A DNA stretch of 64,000 bases from a candidate division WOR-3 bacterium (GTDB lineage Bacteria > Hydrothermota > Tepidihabitantia > Tepidihabitantales > Tepidihabitantaceae): positions 64,001-128,000 of the forward strand of contig JBBISL010000003.1 of the NCBI GenBank assembly GCA_037441285.1. The letters are read 5' to 3'. The notes beneath the pieces were generated by a model. It had not been told where the DNA came from and did no database searches. It worked only from the letters and a program-made list of their open reading frames with translations. Position numbers and translations under genes: made by a program. The stretch's first letter is position 1. Each line of letters starts with the position of its first letter. Shown piece by piece: positions 16,567 through 26,419 of this stretch.

Positions 16567-19144
16567 TTTGCTTAAATATCTCGGCAAGTTTTTTGGTCAA
16601 TTCGGCTTCGTCCTGGATTAACACTTTGCGCGGTTTACTTCCGGCATGGGGTCCAACAATACCGGCGCGCTCGAGCTGGTCGATGATGCGGCCGGCGCGT
16701 GCCCATCCAACATCAAGCCGTCGCTGGAGCATTGAGACCGATGCTTCTTTGTGCAGTACAACCAGGCGTGCTGCTTCGCTAAAAAGGTTGTCAAATTCAC
16801 CGTTTAATGTCTCCGTTCCATTATCGGCCGGGTAGTTTCTCCCGACCTCCTCTTCTAATGGTTCATAATAATGACGGGCAAGGATGTTGTCAAGAATTTC
16901 TTCGGGAAGAATGGTCTTTATCTGTTCGAGTTTTCTGCCCCGGGCAGCAAACCGGGGGTCATAGAAGACATCGGTGAGTTCTTGTCTGACAATCTCCTGG
17001 GCTTTTTTCTCTGGTTCGTCAACAAATTCCGAAAGGATGTCGGAGAGGTATCTTGTTGCCCAGAGGTCAACCACCCCCTTAGCCGCTTTTTCGGACACGA
17101 AGCAACCGTGGATGCGTATGGCGTCGCCTTTCCCTGGTGGCAGAAAGAGCATATCACCCCGGCCGAGGAGCGATTCCGCGCCGTTGGCATCAAGAATGGT
17201 CCGGGAGTCAACTTTGGTGGCGACCTGAAAGGCGATGCGACAGGGAAAGTTGGCTTTGATTAGCCCGGTGATGACATCAACTGAAGGTCGCTGGGTGGCA
17301 AGTATCAAATGGATGCCTACCGCCCGTGACATTTGAGCAAGCCGGATGATACGAGCTTCAATCTCGGTTGGGGCGCGTTGCATCAAGTCAGCGAGTTCGT
17401 CAATTACCACCACGATGTAGGGTTTTTTCTTCTTTCCCAATTCTTCGCAGCGGGTGTTGTAACTGGAGATGTCTCGAACCCCGAGCTCGGCAAATTCGCT
17501 GTAGCGGGCTTCCATAATGTTAACAATTCGGGTGAGTTCAGCGACCACCAGTTCGGGATTGGTGGTTGTTTTGGAAAGGAGGTGTGGTATCGGGTTGTAG
17601 ATAGGGAGTTCAAGCTGTTTGGGGTCGATGGTAAGGAAGCGGACCTCGTCGGGAGTTGAGCGGTAGATAATTGACATAATGATGGAGTTGATGCAGACCG
17701 ATTTGCCGGAGCCGGTAGTGCCGGCGATAAGGACATGGGGCATCTGACGGATGTCGGCGCAGTAGGGTTCACCGGTAATTGTTGTGCCGAGGGCGAAGCC
17801 CAAGGGTGAGTCAACCTGCTGGAATGCGGGACTGGTAAGGACCTCTTTGAGATAAACGGTGCGGCGTGTCTTATTGGGAATCTCAATCCCGACGGCACTT
17901 TTCCCGGGAATCGGAGCAAGAATCCGGACCCTTTCGGCAGAAAGGGCGAGGGCAATGTCGTCGGCGAGACTTTCAATGCCGCTGCAACGGACACCAGGCG
18001 CCGGTTCCAGTTCAAATCGGGTAATCATCGGGCCCGAGAGGATGGCGGTCAGTTTACCTTCAACACCAAACTGCTTAAGTTTGTCCATCAACAGCTGTCC
18101 TTCAGCCTCCGCTTCCGCCGGGTCTTTAAAGAGTTTGTCTTCCGGTTTAGGTGTGTCAAGACGCTGGAGGAACTGTTTCTGGAATTCATCGAGGTTAAGG
18201 TGGGTGTGGCGGGGGCGCAAGGGTTGCACTGTGACAACTGTAGCCGGGGTGCGGTGGTCGGGTTTTGGCGGTTCGGCGGTTGCAGGTTGGCTTGAAGGTG
18301 GCGCAGAACTTTCCCTATCCTGGGGTTGCAGATTTTCAGCGAGGGTTCGGTTATCGGTTTGGTTCGGGGTAACGCTGATGATTGGTTTCGGTTTGGGTTT
18401 GTGGGTAAACAACTGGCGGATACTGGAGAAAAGTTTACCTATTTTGGTGTTGATGTCTTTTAGCCCTGGGATGGTTAAACCCGACGCGATGATGAGCGCA
18501 GTTAATGAAACGATGAGCAGGATTAGGGTCCCGACGCCTAACAGGCTGTTAAGAAAACCAACAACCAACTGGCCAAGGGTGCCCGCAAGCATTTTCTCGG
18601 TTTGGAAATAAGCCAGAAACAGTTCGAATAGTACCCCGAAGAACAAAATTAAAGCCGAGCGGCTGAAATCGAGCGGTTTTGCTTTACGAAACCAGATGGT
18701 AAATCCCCAGTAAAACCCCAACCCAATAAATGCGAGTGAGCCCAACCCAAATACGGGTAGAAGCAGGTTGTTCAAGGTGTGACCGAGTACGCCGCTGAAG
18801 TTGTCTGCGGCATTTTTCAGCCCGGCATAGAAGGAAAGGATTGCGGCGCTGAGGAAAACAGCAAGGGTCAAAATTCCGAATCCAGTAAATCGGCGCCACT
18901 GTTTCTTCTTTGTTATCTTAAGAAAAATTGCGGTGGCAGCGAGAATTGGAACGAGAGGACTCATTCCCCCAAGAAGGTATATCAAAGCCCGGGCAAGATG
19001 GTAGCCGACAACTCCGCCGTAATTCGTTGCCGGGGTATTCTTGCCGATGATTGATGAGAAAAGGCTGAGAGCGATAAAAAGCACCAGCCCGATGATGATT
19101 GCCCAACCAAAGACCTGCCAGCCGTTTCTTTTTCTCTTACCCAT
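16553..19144 (-). CDS. ftsK: DNA translocase FtsK
   Basis: N-terminal TM region; PHVLIAGTTGSGKS, VIDELADLM, ATQRPSVDVITG; gamma domain SVSMLQRRLDVGWARAGRIID. Confidence 0.96.
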   Translation of the reverse strand: MGKRKRNGWQVFGWAIIIGLVLFIALSLFSSIIGKNTPATNYGGVVGYHLARALIYLLGGMSPLVPILAATAIFLKITKKKQWRRFTGFGILTLAVFLSAAILSFYAGLKNAADNFSGVLGHTLNNLLLPVFGLGSLAFIGLGFYWGFTIWFRKAKPLDFSRSALILFFGVLFELFLAYFQTEKMLAGTLGQLVVGFLNSLLGVGTLILLIVSLTALIIASGLTIPGLKDINTKIGKLFSSIRQLFTHKPKPKPIISVTPNQTDNRTLAENLQPQDRESSAPPSSQPATAEPPKPDHRTPATVVTVQPLRPRHTHLNLDEFQKQFLQRLDTPKPEDKLFKDPAEAEAEGQLLMDKLKQFGVEGKLTAILSGPMITRFELEPAPGVRCSGIESLADDIALALSAERVRILAPIPGKSAVGIEIPNKTRRTVYLKEVLTSPAFQQVDSPLGFALGTTITGEPYCADIRQMPHVLIAGTTGSGKSVCINSIIMSIIYRSTPDEVRFLTIDPKQLELPIYNPIPHLLSKTTTNPELVVAELTRIVNIMEARYSEFAELGVRDISSYNTRCEELGKKKKPYIVVVIDELADLMQRAPTEIEARIIRLAQMSRAVGIHLILATQRPSVDVITGLIKANFPCRIAFQVATKVDSRTILDANGAESLLGRGDMLFLPPGKGDAIRIHGCFVSEKAAKGVVDLWATRYLSDILSEFVDEPEKKAQEIVRQELTDVFYDPRFAARGRKLEQIKTILPEEILDNILARHYYEPLEEEVGRNYPADNGTETLNGEFDNLFSEAARLVVLHKEASVSMLQRRLDVGWARAGRIIDQLERAGIVGPHAGSKPRKVLIQDEAELTKKLAEIFKQNERP

Positions 19145-19148
19145 AAGT

Positions 19149-19775
19149 TTAGAATCCTATGCCGGCGCCGAGAAGAAGCCGGGCGGTCGTCAGTACTATC
19201 GGGAAGACAACCATACGGAATAGCGGTAACCCAATTACGAATATCACAATCAAACTTAAAAAATTATACTGTTCCAACCTGCCGTAACGGGCGGCAAGCT
19301 CGGGCGGTAAAAGATAATAAATTAATCTTGAGCCGTCAAGCGGCGGTATCGGAATCAGATTGAAAAAGCACAGAATCAGGTTGATGATTACAAAATAACT
19401 TGTTAATTTCCAGGCGAACCCATTTACGCCGAGCGCAGTTAAAATCCGGGCAACGATTCCGGCAAAGATGGCGACCATAAAGTTGGATATTGGTCCGGCA
19501 AGAGCAGAGATGGCGAAGTCGCGGAGCGGATTTTTAAAGTTGTTAGGGTTGATTGGCACCGGTTTTGCCCAGCCAAAGCGGGTCCAGGGCAGGAAAAGTA
19601 GAATCGTGCCAAGCGGGTCAAGATGTTTCAGCGGGTTGAGGGTGAGCCGTCCTGACTGTTTGGCGGTCGGGTCGCCGAGGATAAATGCGGCATAGCCGTG
19701 GCTGAATTCGTGAATCGTTAGTCCGAAGAGAATCGCCGGTGCCGAAAGGATAAGTTCGCCCCAGTCCATCAGCAC
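19149..19775 (-). CDS. Site-2 protease (M50 family)
   Basis: HEFSH, AGPISN, FNLIPIPPLDG. Confidence 0.93.
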   Translation of the reverse strand: MLMDWGELILSAPAILFGLTIHEFSHGYAAFILGDPTAKQSGRLTLNPLKHLDPLGTILLFLPWTRFGWAKPVPINPNNFKNPLRDFAISALAGPISNFMVAIFAGIVARILTALGVNGFAWKLTSYFVIINLILCFFNLIPIPPLDGSRLIYYLLPPELAARYGRLEQYNFLSLIVIFVIGLPLFRMVVFPIVLTTARLLLGAGIGF

Positions 19776-21022
19776 CCTTTATTTGTCCAGCGTTTAAGTA
19801 GCCGGAGTTCTTCTTGCCGGGTCTGGACTTTTTTGTCCAGCCGGGCGGTGAGCAAACGTTTCATCAATTGGCCTATCTTGGGACCAGGTGGGATACCCAA
19901 GGCAATCAGGTCAGCAGCCGTAGTTTCAGGTTTGACAAACCGAAGTTGATGTAAGAACAAGTTGCATTTTTTCTGAATTGTTGGGGGCTCAAGTTTCGTC
20001 ATAATGAGTAATACGGGCTCCGGTATGGGTTTAAGGATGTGATAAATTGTGCTCACCTTTTTGGCACGCAACAGACGATGCCGTAAGGGATTAAGATGAC
20101 GCAGGAACCGGGCGGTATCGCGTTCTTCGCTGGTGATGGGGAATTTCTCGTTTACTGGCAGAAAACTGAGGAGGTAGCAGAAAAGTTCCTGGGAGGTGGC
20201 GCCACGCTGGGAGAGTTTTTTTAATCCGGGAAGGGGTGAGCGGTCTAACCGCCAGTTGTTCCAGCAAGACGGCAGGACATTTTCTTTCAGGAGCGCTTGC
20301 AGCATCTTCAGGGCGGCGGATTCGGCGAGGATACAACGCAACTCGTAGAGGATTCGTTCCGGTGTTAGAAGCGCGGGATAGCGTTCCTTTACGGCTACCC
20401 GCAGGAGGTAAAGGGTGCCGGATTCAATGTTGTAGTCAAGACGAATGGCAAATCTGAGGGCACGAAAAATTCTGGTCGGGTCGTCGATGAAACTTAGCGG
20501 ATGGATGATGCGTATGAGCCGGTGGTGTAAATCTTCCTGGCCTGAGAAAGGGTCGATGAGTTTCTCGCCGTCAGGGGTTAATTCGAGCGCAAGGGCGTTG
20601 ATTGTAAAGTCACGGCGGGCAAGGTCATCTTCAATTGAGGCTGGTTCAACTCGGGGCAAGGTTGCCGGTTTGCGGTACGATTCGCGCCGGGTGTGGCAGA
20701 TGTCGATTTTCGTACTGTCAGGCAGGGTTACAGTTCCAGTGAGGAAAGGGCGATGAAACACAAATTTGCCTTTTAGAAGCCGGGCAACCGCGCCCAGAAG
20801 TTCGGACATTTTTCTTTCAACTACAGCCCGGTTTTCCCTTAATCCGAAGTCAACAGCAATATCCCAGTCCGGGCAGGGATGGTTGAGAAGCAGGTCACGA
20901 ACCGGTCCACCAACCAGGTAGGCTTTGCCGCGCTGGCGCCAGACAAGTTGACTTATCTGGATTACTGTTTGGGGTAGACCAGGTCGGAAGTTGGGCACCG
21001 GGGGCGGTCCATTAGAAGCCAA
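19769..21022 (-). CDS. cca: Class II tRNA nucleotidyltransferase (CCA- or A-adding)
   Basis: LVGGPVRDLL..DWD, DLARRDFTINA, DDPTRIFRALRF, ERI..E. Confidence 0.88.
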   Translation of the reverse strand: MASNGPPPVPNFRPGLPQTVIQISQLVWRQRGKAYLVGGPVRDLLLNHPCPDWDIAVDFGLRENRAVVERKMSELLGAVARLLKGKFVFHRPFLTGTVTLPDSTKIDICHTRRESYRKPATLPRVEPASIEDDLARRDFTINALALELTPDGEKLIDPFSGQEDLHHRLIRIIHPLSFIDDPTRIFRALRFAIRLDYNIESGTLYLLRVAVKERYPALLTPERILYELRCILAESAALKMLQALLKENVLPSCWNNWRLDRSPLPGLKKLSQRGATSQELFCYLLSFLPVNEKFPITSEERDTARFLRHLNPLRHRLLRAKKVSTIYHILKPIPEPVLLIMTKLEPPTIQKKCNLFLHQLRFVKPETTAADLIALGIPPGPKIGQLMKRLLTARLDKKVQTRQEELRLLKRWTNKGC

Positions 21023-21323
21023 GAGATTTTGCCGTATCTTCCTTTTGACCGTGGAGTTTTATTTTTCCGAATCGGGCTTCGTACTTTTTAATGTTTTCGG
21101 CTAACGCTTCGTGGAGGAGAGCGGCATGCTGCGGCGTCATTACGATTCGGGCAAACACCTTGGCTTTTGGTAAGCCGGGAAGGATGCGAGCAAAGTCAAT
21201 GATGAATTCAGAACCGGAATGAGCAATAAGCACAAAGTTAGAATAAATCCCCTCCGACTCTTTTTCCCCGATTTCCACCTGGACCGGTGGTCCCTGGGGT
21301 GGTTGCTTTTCTTCGTTGTTCAT
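21012..21323 (-). CDS. DUF3467 family protein
   Basis: GIYSNFVLIAHS..EFIIDF..ARIVMTPQHA..NIKKYEARFG; SD AGGAG before ATG 21323. Confidence 0.85.
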   Translation of the reverse strand: MNNEEKQPPQGPPVQVEIGEKESEGIYSNFVLIAHSGSEFIIDFARILPGLPKAKVFARIVMTPQHAALLHEALAENIKKYEARFGKIKLHGQKEDTAKSLGF

Positions 21324-21367
21324 CTTGATACTCCTTTCCTGAAATTGTAAACTACCCGGGAAAATAG

Positions 21368-22576
21368 TCAAGGTCTGCGGGGAACAAGGCGGAGGAACCG
21401 GCGTTTTCCGACTTTGAGAATAACAGGGTTGTCGGCAACGCGCACCAGATAGTTCGGGTCGGAGAGCCGCTGACCATCGAGGTATACCGCACCTTCCTGC
21501 AATTTGCGTCGTGCTTCACTTTTTGAGGGCAAAAGGCCGGTGGCAGAAATCAGTTCGACGATGTTAACGCCTTCGGGCGGCATAAGGAATTCAGGGATAT
21601 CTTCGGGCGCCTGTTTTTCCCGGAATACCCGGTCGAACTCTTCTGATGCCTTTACCGCTTCGGCGGGAGAGTGGTAGAGGGCAACAACCTCTTTTGCCAG
21701 TTCGGCTTTAATGTGACGGGGGTTTTCGCCCGCCTTTAAGCGCTGGGCAATCTGATTGAGTTCCGGTTCGGTTTTTGTTGTGGTCAGACGGAAGTAGTCT
21801 AAAATCAACTCGTCAGGGATGGACATTAACTTGCCGAACATCTCCTGCGGTGGTTCGGTGATGCCGACATAGTTGCCGTACGATTTTGACATCTTCATTT
21901 TACCGTCGGTCCCCACGAGTAAAGGCATTGTCATAATGACCTGGGGTTTTTGTCCAAAGCGTGCCTGGAGTTCCCTGCCGACCAAAAGGTTCCAGTACTG
22001 GTCCGCGCCACCCAGTTCCACATCCGCCTGAACCATTACCGAGTCGTAGCCCTGAAACAGGGGATAGAGTAGTTCGTGAACAAATAGCGGTACACCCTGC
22101 TGGAGCCGGTTTTTAAAATCCTCGCGTTCAATCAGCCGGGCAACGGTGTAACGGGCGGCGATGTTGACAATATCGGTGGCATTAAGCGGGTCGAGCCATT
22201 CTGAGTTGTAACGAAATTCACAGCGCGCCGGGTCAAGGATTTTAAACACCTGGTCCCGGTATCGTGCCATATTTTCTTTAATCTGTTCATCGGTAAGTTG
22301 CGGTCGGGTTTTCGAACGCCCGGTCGGGTCACCGATTTTGCCGGTGAAGTCGCCGATGATCAAGACCGCGATATGCCCCAGGTCCTGAAACTGCCTTAAC
22401 TTTCTCAAAACTACGGCAAAGCCGAGATGGATATCCGGACCCGAGGCGTCGATGCCCAGTTTGATGCGCAATGGTTTACCGGTGGTACGAGATTGCTCCA
22501 GTCGTTCAAGTAGTTCGGCTTCGGTTTCCAGGCGGTCAACGCCTCTTTTGAGTTGTTCAATTACCGACAAAGTCAT
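21368..22576 (-). CDS. tyrS: Tyrosine--tRNA ligase
   Basis: KLGID..HLGF, YPLFQGYD, GGADQ, KMSKS, C-terminal S4 domain. Confidence 0.96.
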   Translation of the reverse strand: MTLSVIEQLKRGVDRLETEAELLERLEQSRTTGKPLRIKLGIDASGPDIHLGFAVVLRKLRQFQDLGHIAVLIIGDFTGKIGDPTGRSKTRPQLTDEQIKENMARYRDQVFKILDPARCEFRYNSEWLDPLNATDIVNIAARYTVARLIEREDFKNRLQQGVPLFVHELLYPLFQGYDSVMVQADVELGGADQYWNLLVGRELQARFGQKPQVIMTMPLLVGTDGKMKMSKSYGNYVGITEPPQEMFGKLMSIPDELILDYFRLTTTKTEPELNQIAQRLKAGENPRHIKAELAKEVVALYHSPAEAVKASEEFDRVFREKQAPEDIPEFLMPPEGVNIVELISATGLLPSKSEARRKLQEGAVYLDGQRLSDPNYLVRVADNPVILKVGKRRFLRLVPRRP

Positions 22577-22582
22577 AATGGG

Positions 22583-23065
22583 TCAGAATTGGTAGTTGCC
22601 CAGGTCTTCGGGGTCGATGCCCCGTAATTTGGTGCGAAGTTCCCGCAGTTTATCCTCGTCTTCAGGCGAGAGGAACTGCCCGGCACTGTCCATTACTGCG
22701 TCTTCAACATAGATGGGCGCTCCGGTGCGTAACGCCAGACCAACAGAGTCGGAAGGCCGAGCATCAATTGCAATCAACCGGTCACCAGTTTCGATTACCA
22801 GTTCCGCATAGAAGGTTTCGTTTTCCAGTTTGGTGATGAGAACCCGACTTACTTTACCGTTCATTCCGACAATCAAATTGCGCATCAAATCGACTGTGAG
22901 GGGCCGGACATACTGAATGCCTTCAAGGGCGTAGGCGATAGTTGACGCCTCAGCCGCACCAATAAAAACCGGTAAAACCCGGTTGCCTTTAACCTCACGC
23001 AAGAGCATAACCGGGGAATTGGTTGCATTGTCAATCAAAACCGCTTCAACCTGAACTTCAATCAT
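22583..23065 (-). CDS. Bifunctional nuclease (DUF151) family protein
   Basis: LPVFIG..EA..I, RPLTVDL, IDARPSD..LALR..PIYV. Confidence 0.9.
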   Translation of the reverse strand: MIEVQVEAVLIDNATNSPVMLLREVKGNRVLPVFIGAAEASTIAYALEGIQYVRPLTVDLMRNLIVGMNGKVSRVLITKLENETFYAELVIETGDRLIAIDARPSDSVGLALRTGAPIYVEDAVMDSAGQFLSPEDEDKLRELRTKLRGIDPEDLGNYQF

Positions 23066-23106
23066 GGGATGAACCTGCGGGCTGCTGCGGCATCAAAGAT
23101 GGGGTC

Positions 23107-23556
23107 TTAATCCACCGTTTCTTCAGCGACCCAGAGTTTTACGGTGGCGGTTATTTCGTGTCCTAATTTTATAGGGATATCATAGACGCCGGGCGCTTTT
23201 ATTGGCTCTTCCAGCACGATAGCATGCTTGTCGATTTTATGGCCCGCTTTTTCTAAGAGATCGGCGATATCGGCATTGGTGATGGCGCCGAATGCACCTT
23301 CCGCACCCATCCGAATTTTTGCCTTTAATGTCACCAGTCCCAGTTGCTGACTGACCGTCATTAGCCGCTTGGTCAAACGCTCATTCCGGGTTGCAATCTG
23401 CTGACGGATGTTTTCGAGCTGGCGCATACTCCCTTCATCGGCAACAATCGCCAGTTTCCGGGGCAAAAGATAGTTGCGGGCAAAGCCATCACGAACCTCA
23501 ACCACTTCGCCCTGTTTGCCCAGTCGTTCGATGTCGGTGAGGAGAATGACCCTCAT
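23107..23556 (-). CDS. rplI: 50S ribosomal protein L9
   Basis: MRVILLTDIERLGKQGEVVEVRDGFARNYLLP. Confidence 0.97.
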   Translation of the reverse strand: MRVILLTDIERLGKQGEVVEVRDGFARNYLLPRKLAIVADEGSMRQLENIRQQIATRNERLTKRLMTVSQQLGLVTLKAKIRMGAEGAFGAITNADIADLLEKAGHKIDKHAIVLEEPIKAPGVYDIPIKLGHEITATVKLWVAEETVD

Positions 23557-23564
23557 AGTCAGTC

Positions 23565-23795
23565 TTAAATGTGGACTGTGATGAAGGGTAATAAACCCAT
23601 ATTGCGTGCCCGTTTAATCGCTTTTGCCAGTCGACGCTGGTGACGGGCGCACAAGCCGGAGACGCGCGAAGAAACGATTTTTCCACGGTCGGTCAGGAAG
23701 TCCTTAAGTCGTGGGTCCTTGTAATCGATATGAGTTACGCCCTCAGCGCAGTAAGGGCAGGCTCTTGTTCTAACGGTAAAACGTTTTGTACTCAT
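23565..23795 (-). CDS. rpsR: 30S ribosomal protein S18 (zinc-binding form)
   Basis: CPYC..IDYKD..RGKI..SRVSGLCARHQR..AIKRAR..LLP. Confidence 0.95.
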   Translation of the reverse strand: MSTKRFTVRTRACPYCAEGVTHIDYKDPRLKDFLTDRGKIVSSRVSGLCARHQRRLAKAIKRARNMGLLPFITVHI

Positions 23796-23802
23796 TATTA
23801 GA

Positions 23803-23830
23803 AGGATAAACGAATTTTGCTGTGAGTCAA
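23803..23830 (-). promoter_or_regulatory. Sigma-70 promoter of rpsR (leaderless geometry)
   Basis: TTGACT-16-TATCCT, 7 nt before ATG, no SD. Confidence 0.6.
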
Positions 23831-24108
23831 GTTTTTGACCTGCGTTCAAAATCGGTTAATCCAGGGTCCAATATATTGAGGCAGTTTGGCACGGATGTTT
23901 TGGGCAAGAGCAAGGGGTAAATTAGTAACGGTTTTTGCCCAATCCGGGGCAAAGAGTTTTTTGGAATATTTGCAGTTTAATTTGTTAGCCTTGAAGGGGG
24001 CAAAATCTGAAGTGGGGCGGTGCCGGCAAGGGTTTAATAACACAGAAGTTACACAATTGTGTACCGCTCAAAATAAGAGATGGTACCCGGCAATTTACCC
24101 TGTAATGT

Positions 24109-24225
24109 TTAGAGCCCGAAAAGAGGGAGAAGGTAACGAACTATATAACACATTGAAAAATAATAAATTAAGTGATTGAGGTTGTGGTTGATACCGTCCT
24201 CTGGATCGTTCCGGGGGTAGTATTC
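24109..24225 (+). repeat. Dispersed degenerate intergenic element, copy B
   Basis: TTAGAGCCC-N16-TAACG-N6-ATAA-N4-TTGAAAAA, shared with copy A at 6895-6945. Confidence 0.6.
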
Positions 24226-24505
24226 AGTAGGGTGGTGTTAAGGGAGGTTGCTGCTATTTTTAAGGGAGCGCCTATTCTTGTCTAAGTTGCAGGGGTTGGA
24301 TGGTTTTCGGGGGCGCTTTTACGGCCGAAAATCTTTTCAATTCCCTTCTTCCTGATAAATGCTTAAGCGGTTTTAATGGAATTTTAGCCAGCCGGTATTG
24401 CTGCGGTTTTTGAATTTGATGTCTGTCTTCTGTTAATGTCGTAAATCAGATATGCCGGGAAGGTAGAAAGGGTTTAGGGAAATCTCGCAGAATGGGTAAT
24501 TCGGT

Positions 24506-25744
24506 TTATTCGTAACGGAGCGCCTGAATCGGGTCAAGTCGTGCCGCCCGTGATGCCGGGTAAATGCCGAAGAAGATGCCAACCAGCGCCGAGAAACCAA
24601 AGCCGATAAGGATGGTCCAGAACGGTGCGGCAGCACGGAGGTGCGCGGTGAGCTCAACAATCTTGGCGATGCCGATACCAAAAAGGATACCGACAGCACC
24701 ACCGGCAAGGGCGAGGAAGACCGATTCAAGGAGAAATTGATAGAGGATGTTGCGCGTGGTAGCGCCGAGGGCTTTACGCAAGCCAATTTCTCGGGTGCGC
24801 TCGGCGACGGCAACGAGCATTATGTTCATAATTCCGATACCACCAACGAGCAGCGAAATCGCGGCAACGGCAATCATCACAATGAAGGCAACACGAGTGA
24901 TGTTTTTGTAAATTTCGCGCAGCGTTTCCTGAGTGTTGATGCCGAAGTCGTCCGGTTTGTCATAACCCAGAGCGTGGCGCCGCCGCATCAGTTCGCGGAT
25001 GCGGTCAATTGCCTGGTCGACCGGAACATTTTTTTTCGGTTCGATGACGATGGCAAGGTCGTGGGCAAGGGTACCAAATCCGCCCTGGGGTTTGAAGCTT
25101 TTTTCAAAGGTGGTCAGGGGGATGAAAAGTACATTGTCCTGGGTTTGACCTAAAAAGGAGCCTTTGCGGACCAGGGTGCCGATGATGATGAAACTCTTAC
25201 CTTCAATATTGAGTCTTTTGCCCAGCGGGTCTTCGTCTGGGAAGAGGTTGTCAACGATGTAACCACCGATCACACACACGGGTCGTTTGCGCATACTGTC
25301 GTCGGAATTGATGAAACGGCCGGTTTCAATCGTGTAGTTGGCGATGGTCGCGTAAGCCGGGGTGATGCCCGCCATTTCGATACTGGTTACCTTGCGGTTG
25401 CGGTAGTTCAGCCGATTGACCATTCGGCTGCGCAGCGGCGCTACCCGTTCAATTATCGGGAGCCGGGCGATGGCGTTGGCGTCGTCCAGAGTCAGGTCGG
25501 GCCGGCGGTTGATTTCGTCCCAGTCGATGCGGCCCATTCCCCAGTTTATCTTTTGGAGGTAGATGACATGGGAGCCGAGGGAACTGATCTGGCGTTCCAC
25601 TTCGTAGTTCATACCCTGAATTAAAGAGACGATGGCGATGACGGTCATTACGCCGATGATGATGCCAAGGGTGGTTAAAAAGGAGCGCAGGCGATTGATG
25701 CGAAAGGTGGTCAGGGCAAGTTTGGCAATTTCCCAGAAGAGCAT
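24506..25744 (-). CDS. MacB/FtsX-type ABC transporter permease
   Basis: RSFLTTLGIIIGV, GGIGIMNIMLVAVAERTREIGLRKALGA, PASRAARLDPIQALRYE. Confidence 0.95.
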   Translation of the reverse strand: MLFWEIAKLALTTFRINRLRSFLTTLGIIIGVMTVIAIVSLIQGMNYEVERQISSLGSHVIYLQKINWGMGRIDWDEINRRPDLTLDDANAIARLPIIERVAPLRSRMVNRLNYRNRKVTSIEMAGITPAYATIANYTIETGRFINSDDSMRKRPVCVIGGYIVDNLFPDEDPLGKRLNIEGKSFIIIGTLVRKGSFLGQTQDNVLFIPLTTFEKSFKPQGGFGTLAHDLAIVIEPKKNVPVDQAIDRIRELMRRRHALGYDKPDDFGINTQETLREIYKNITRVAFIVMIAVAAISLLVGGIGIMNIMLVAVAERTREIGLRKALGATTRNILYQFLLESVFLALAGGAVGILFGIGIAKIVELTAHLRAAAPFWTILIGFGFSALVGIFFGIYPASRAARLDPIQALRYE

Positions 25745-25747
25745 TTA

Positions 25748-26416
25748 TTACTCCTCGACGATTTTGCCGTCTTTGAGTTTTATCGTACGCCGGGCATGGT
25801 CGGCGACCGTTTTGTCGTGGGTGACAAGGATGACGGTATTGCCTTCCTGTGCCATGGTGTCAAACAGGTGCATAATTTCGCTGCCGGTCCGGGAGTCGAG
25901 GTTGCCCGTTGGTTCGTCGGCAAGGATAACGGCTGGAGAGTTGGCAAGGGCGCGGGCAATGGCGACCCTTTGCATTTCGCCGCCGGATAGTTCGTTGGAG
26001 CGATGGTTAAGCCGGTCGCCGAGGCCAACCATTGTGAGCAGTTCGGTGGCACGGCGCCGCCGTTCTTTACGCCCAACACCGGCGTAGAGCATCGGCAGTT
26101 CAACATTGGCAAGGGCGGAGAGCCGGGGCAACAGGTTGAAGTTCTGAAATACAAAACCGAACTCTTTGTTACGGAGGCGAGCGAGTTCGTTGTCGCTGAG
26201 CTGGGATGTGTCGGCACCGTTGAAGAAGTACTTGCCGGTGGTCGGTGTGTCGAGGCAGCCCAGAATGTGCATCAAAGTCGATTTACCCGAGCCCGAGGGT
26301 CCCATCAGGGCAACATATTCGCCCTTTTCAATTGTCAGCGAAATGCCGTCAAGGGCACGCACCGCACTTTTACCCAGGGGGTAGATTTTGGTTACCTGTT
26401 CGATTTTGATCAGCAC
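25748..26416 (-). CDS. ABC transporter ATP-binding protein (MacB/LolD type)
   Basis: GPSGSGKS, LSGGEMQRVAIARAL, ADEPTGNLD, VTHD. Confidence 0.96.
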   Translation of the reverse strand: MLIKIEQVTKIYPLGKSAVRALDGISLTIEKGEYVALMGPSGSGKSTLMHILGCLDTPTTGKYFFNGADTSQLSDNELARLRNKEFGFVFQNFNLLPRLSALANVELPMLYAGVGRKERRRRATELLTMVGLGDRLNHRSNELSGGEMQRVAIARALANSPAVILADEPTGNLDSRTGSEIMHLFDTMAQEGNTVILVTHDKTVADHARRTIKLKDGKIVEE

Positions 26417-26419
26417 GCC

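Noticed and set aside
17404..18611. Long alternative ORFs (203 aa minus, 250 aa plus) inside ftsK
   Set aside because: Shadows of a well-conserved gene, with no motifs or start signals
23886..23903. TTGGCACG, a perfect sigma-54 -24 box
   Set aside because: The -12 position reads TTTT rather than TTGC and no credible plus-strand gene follows
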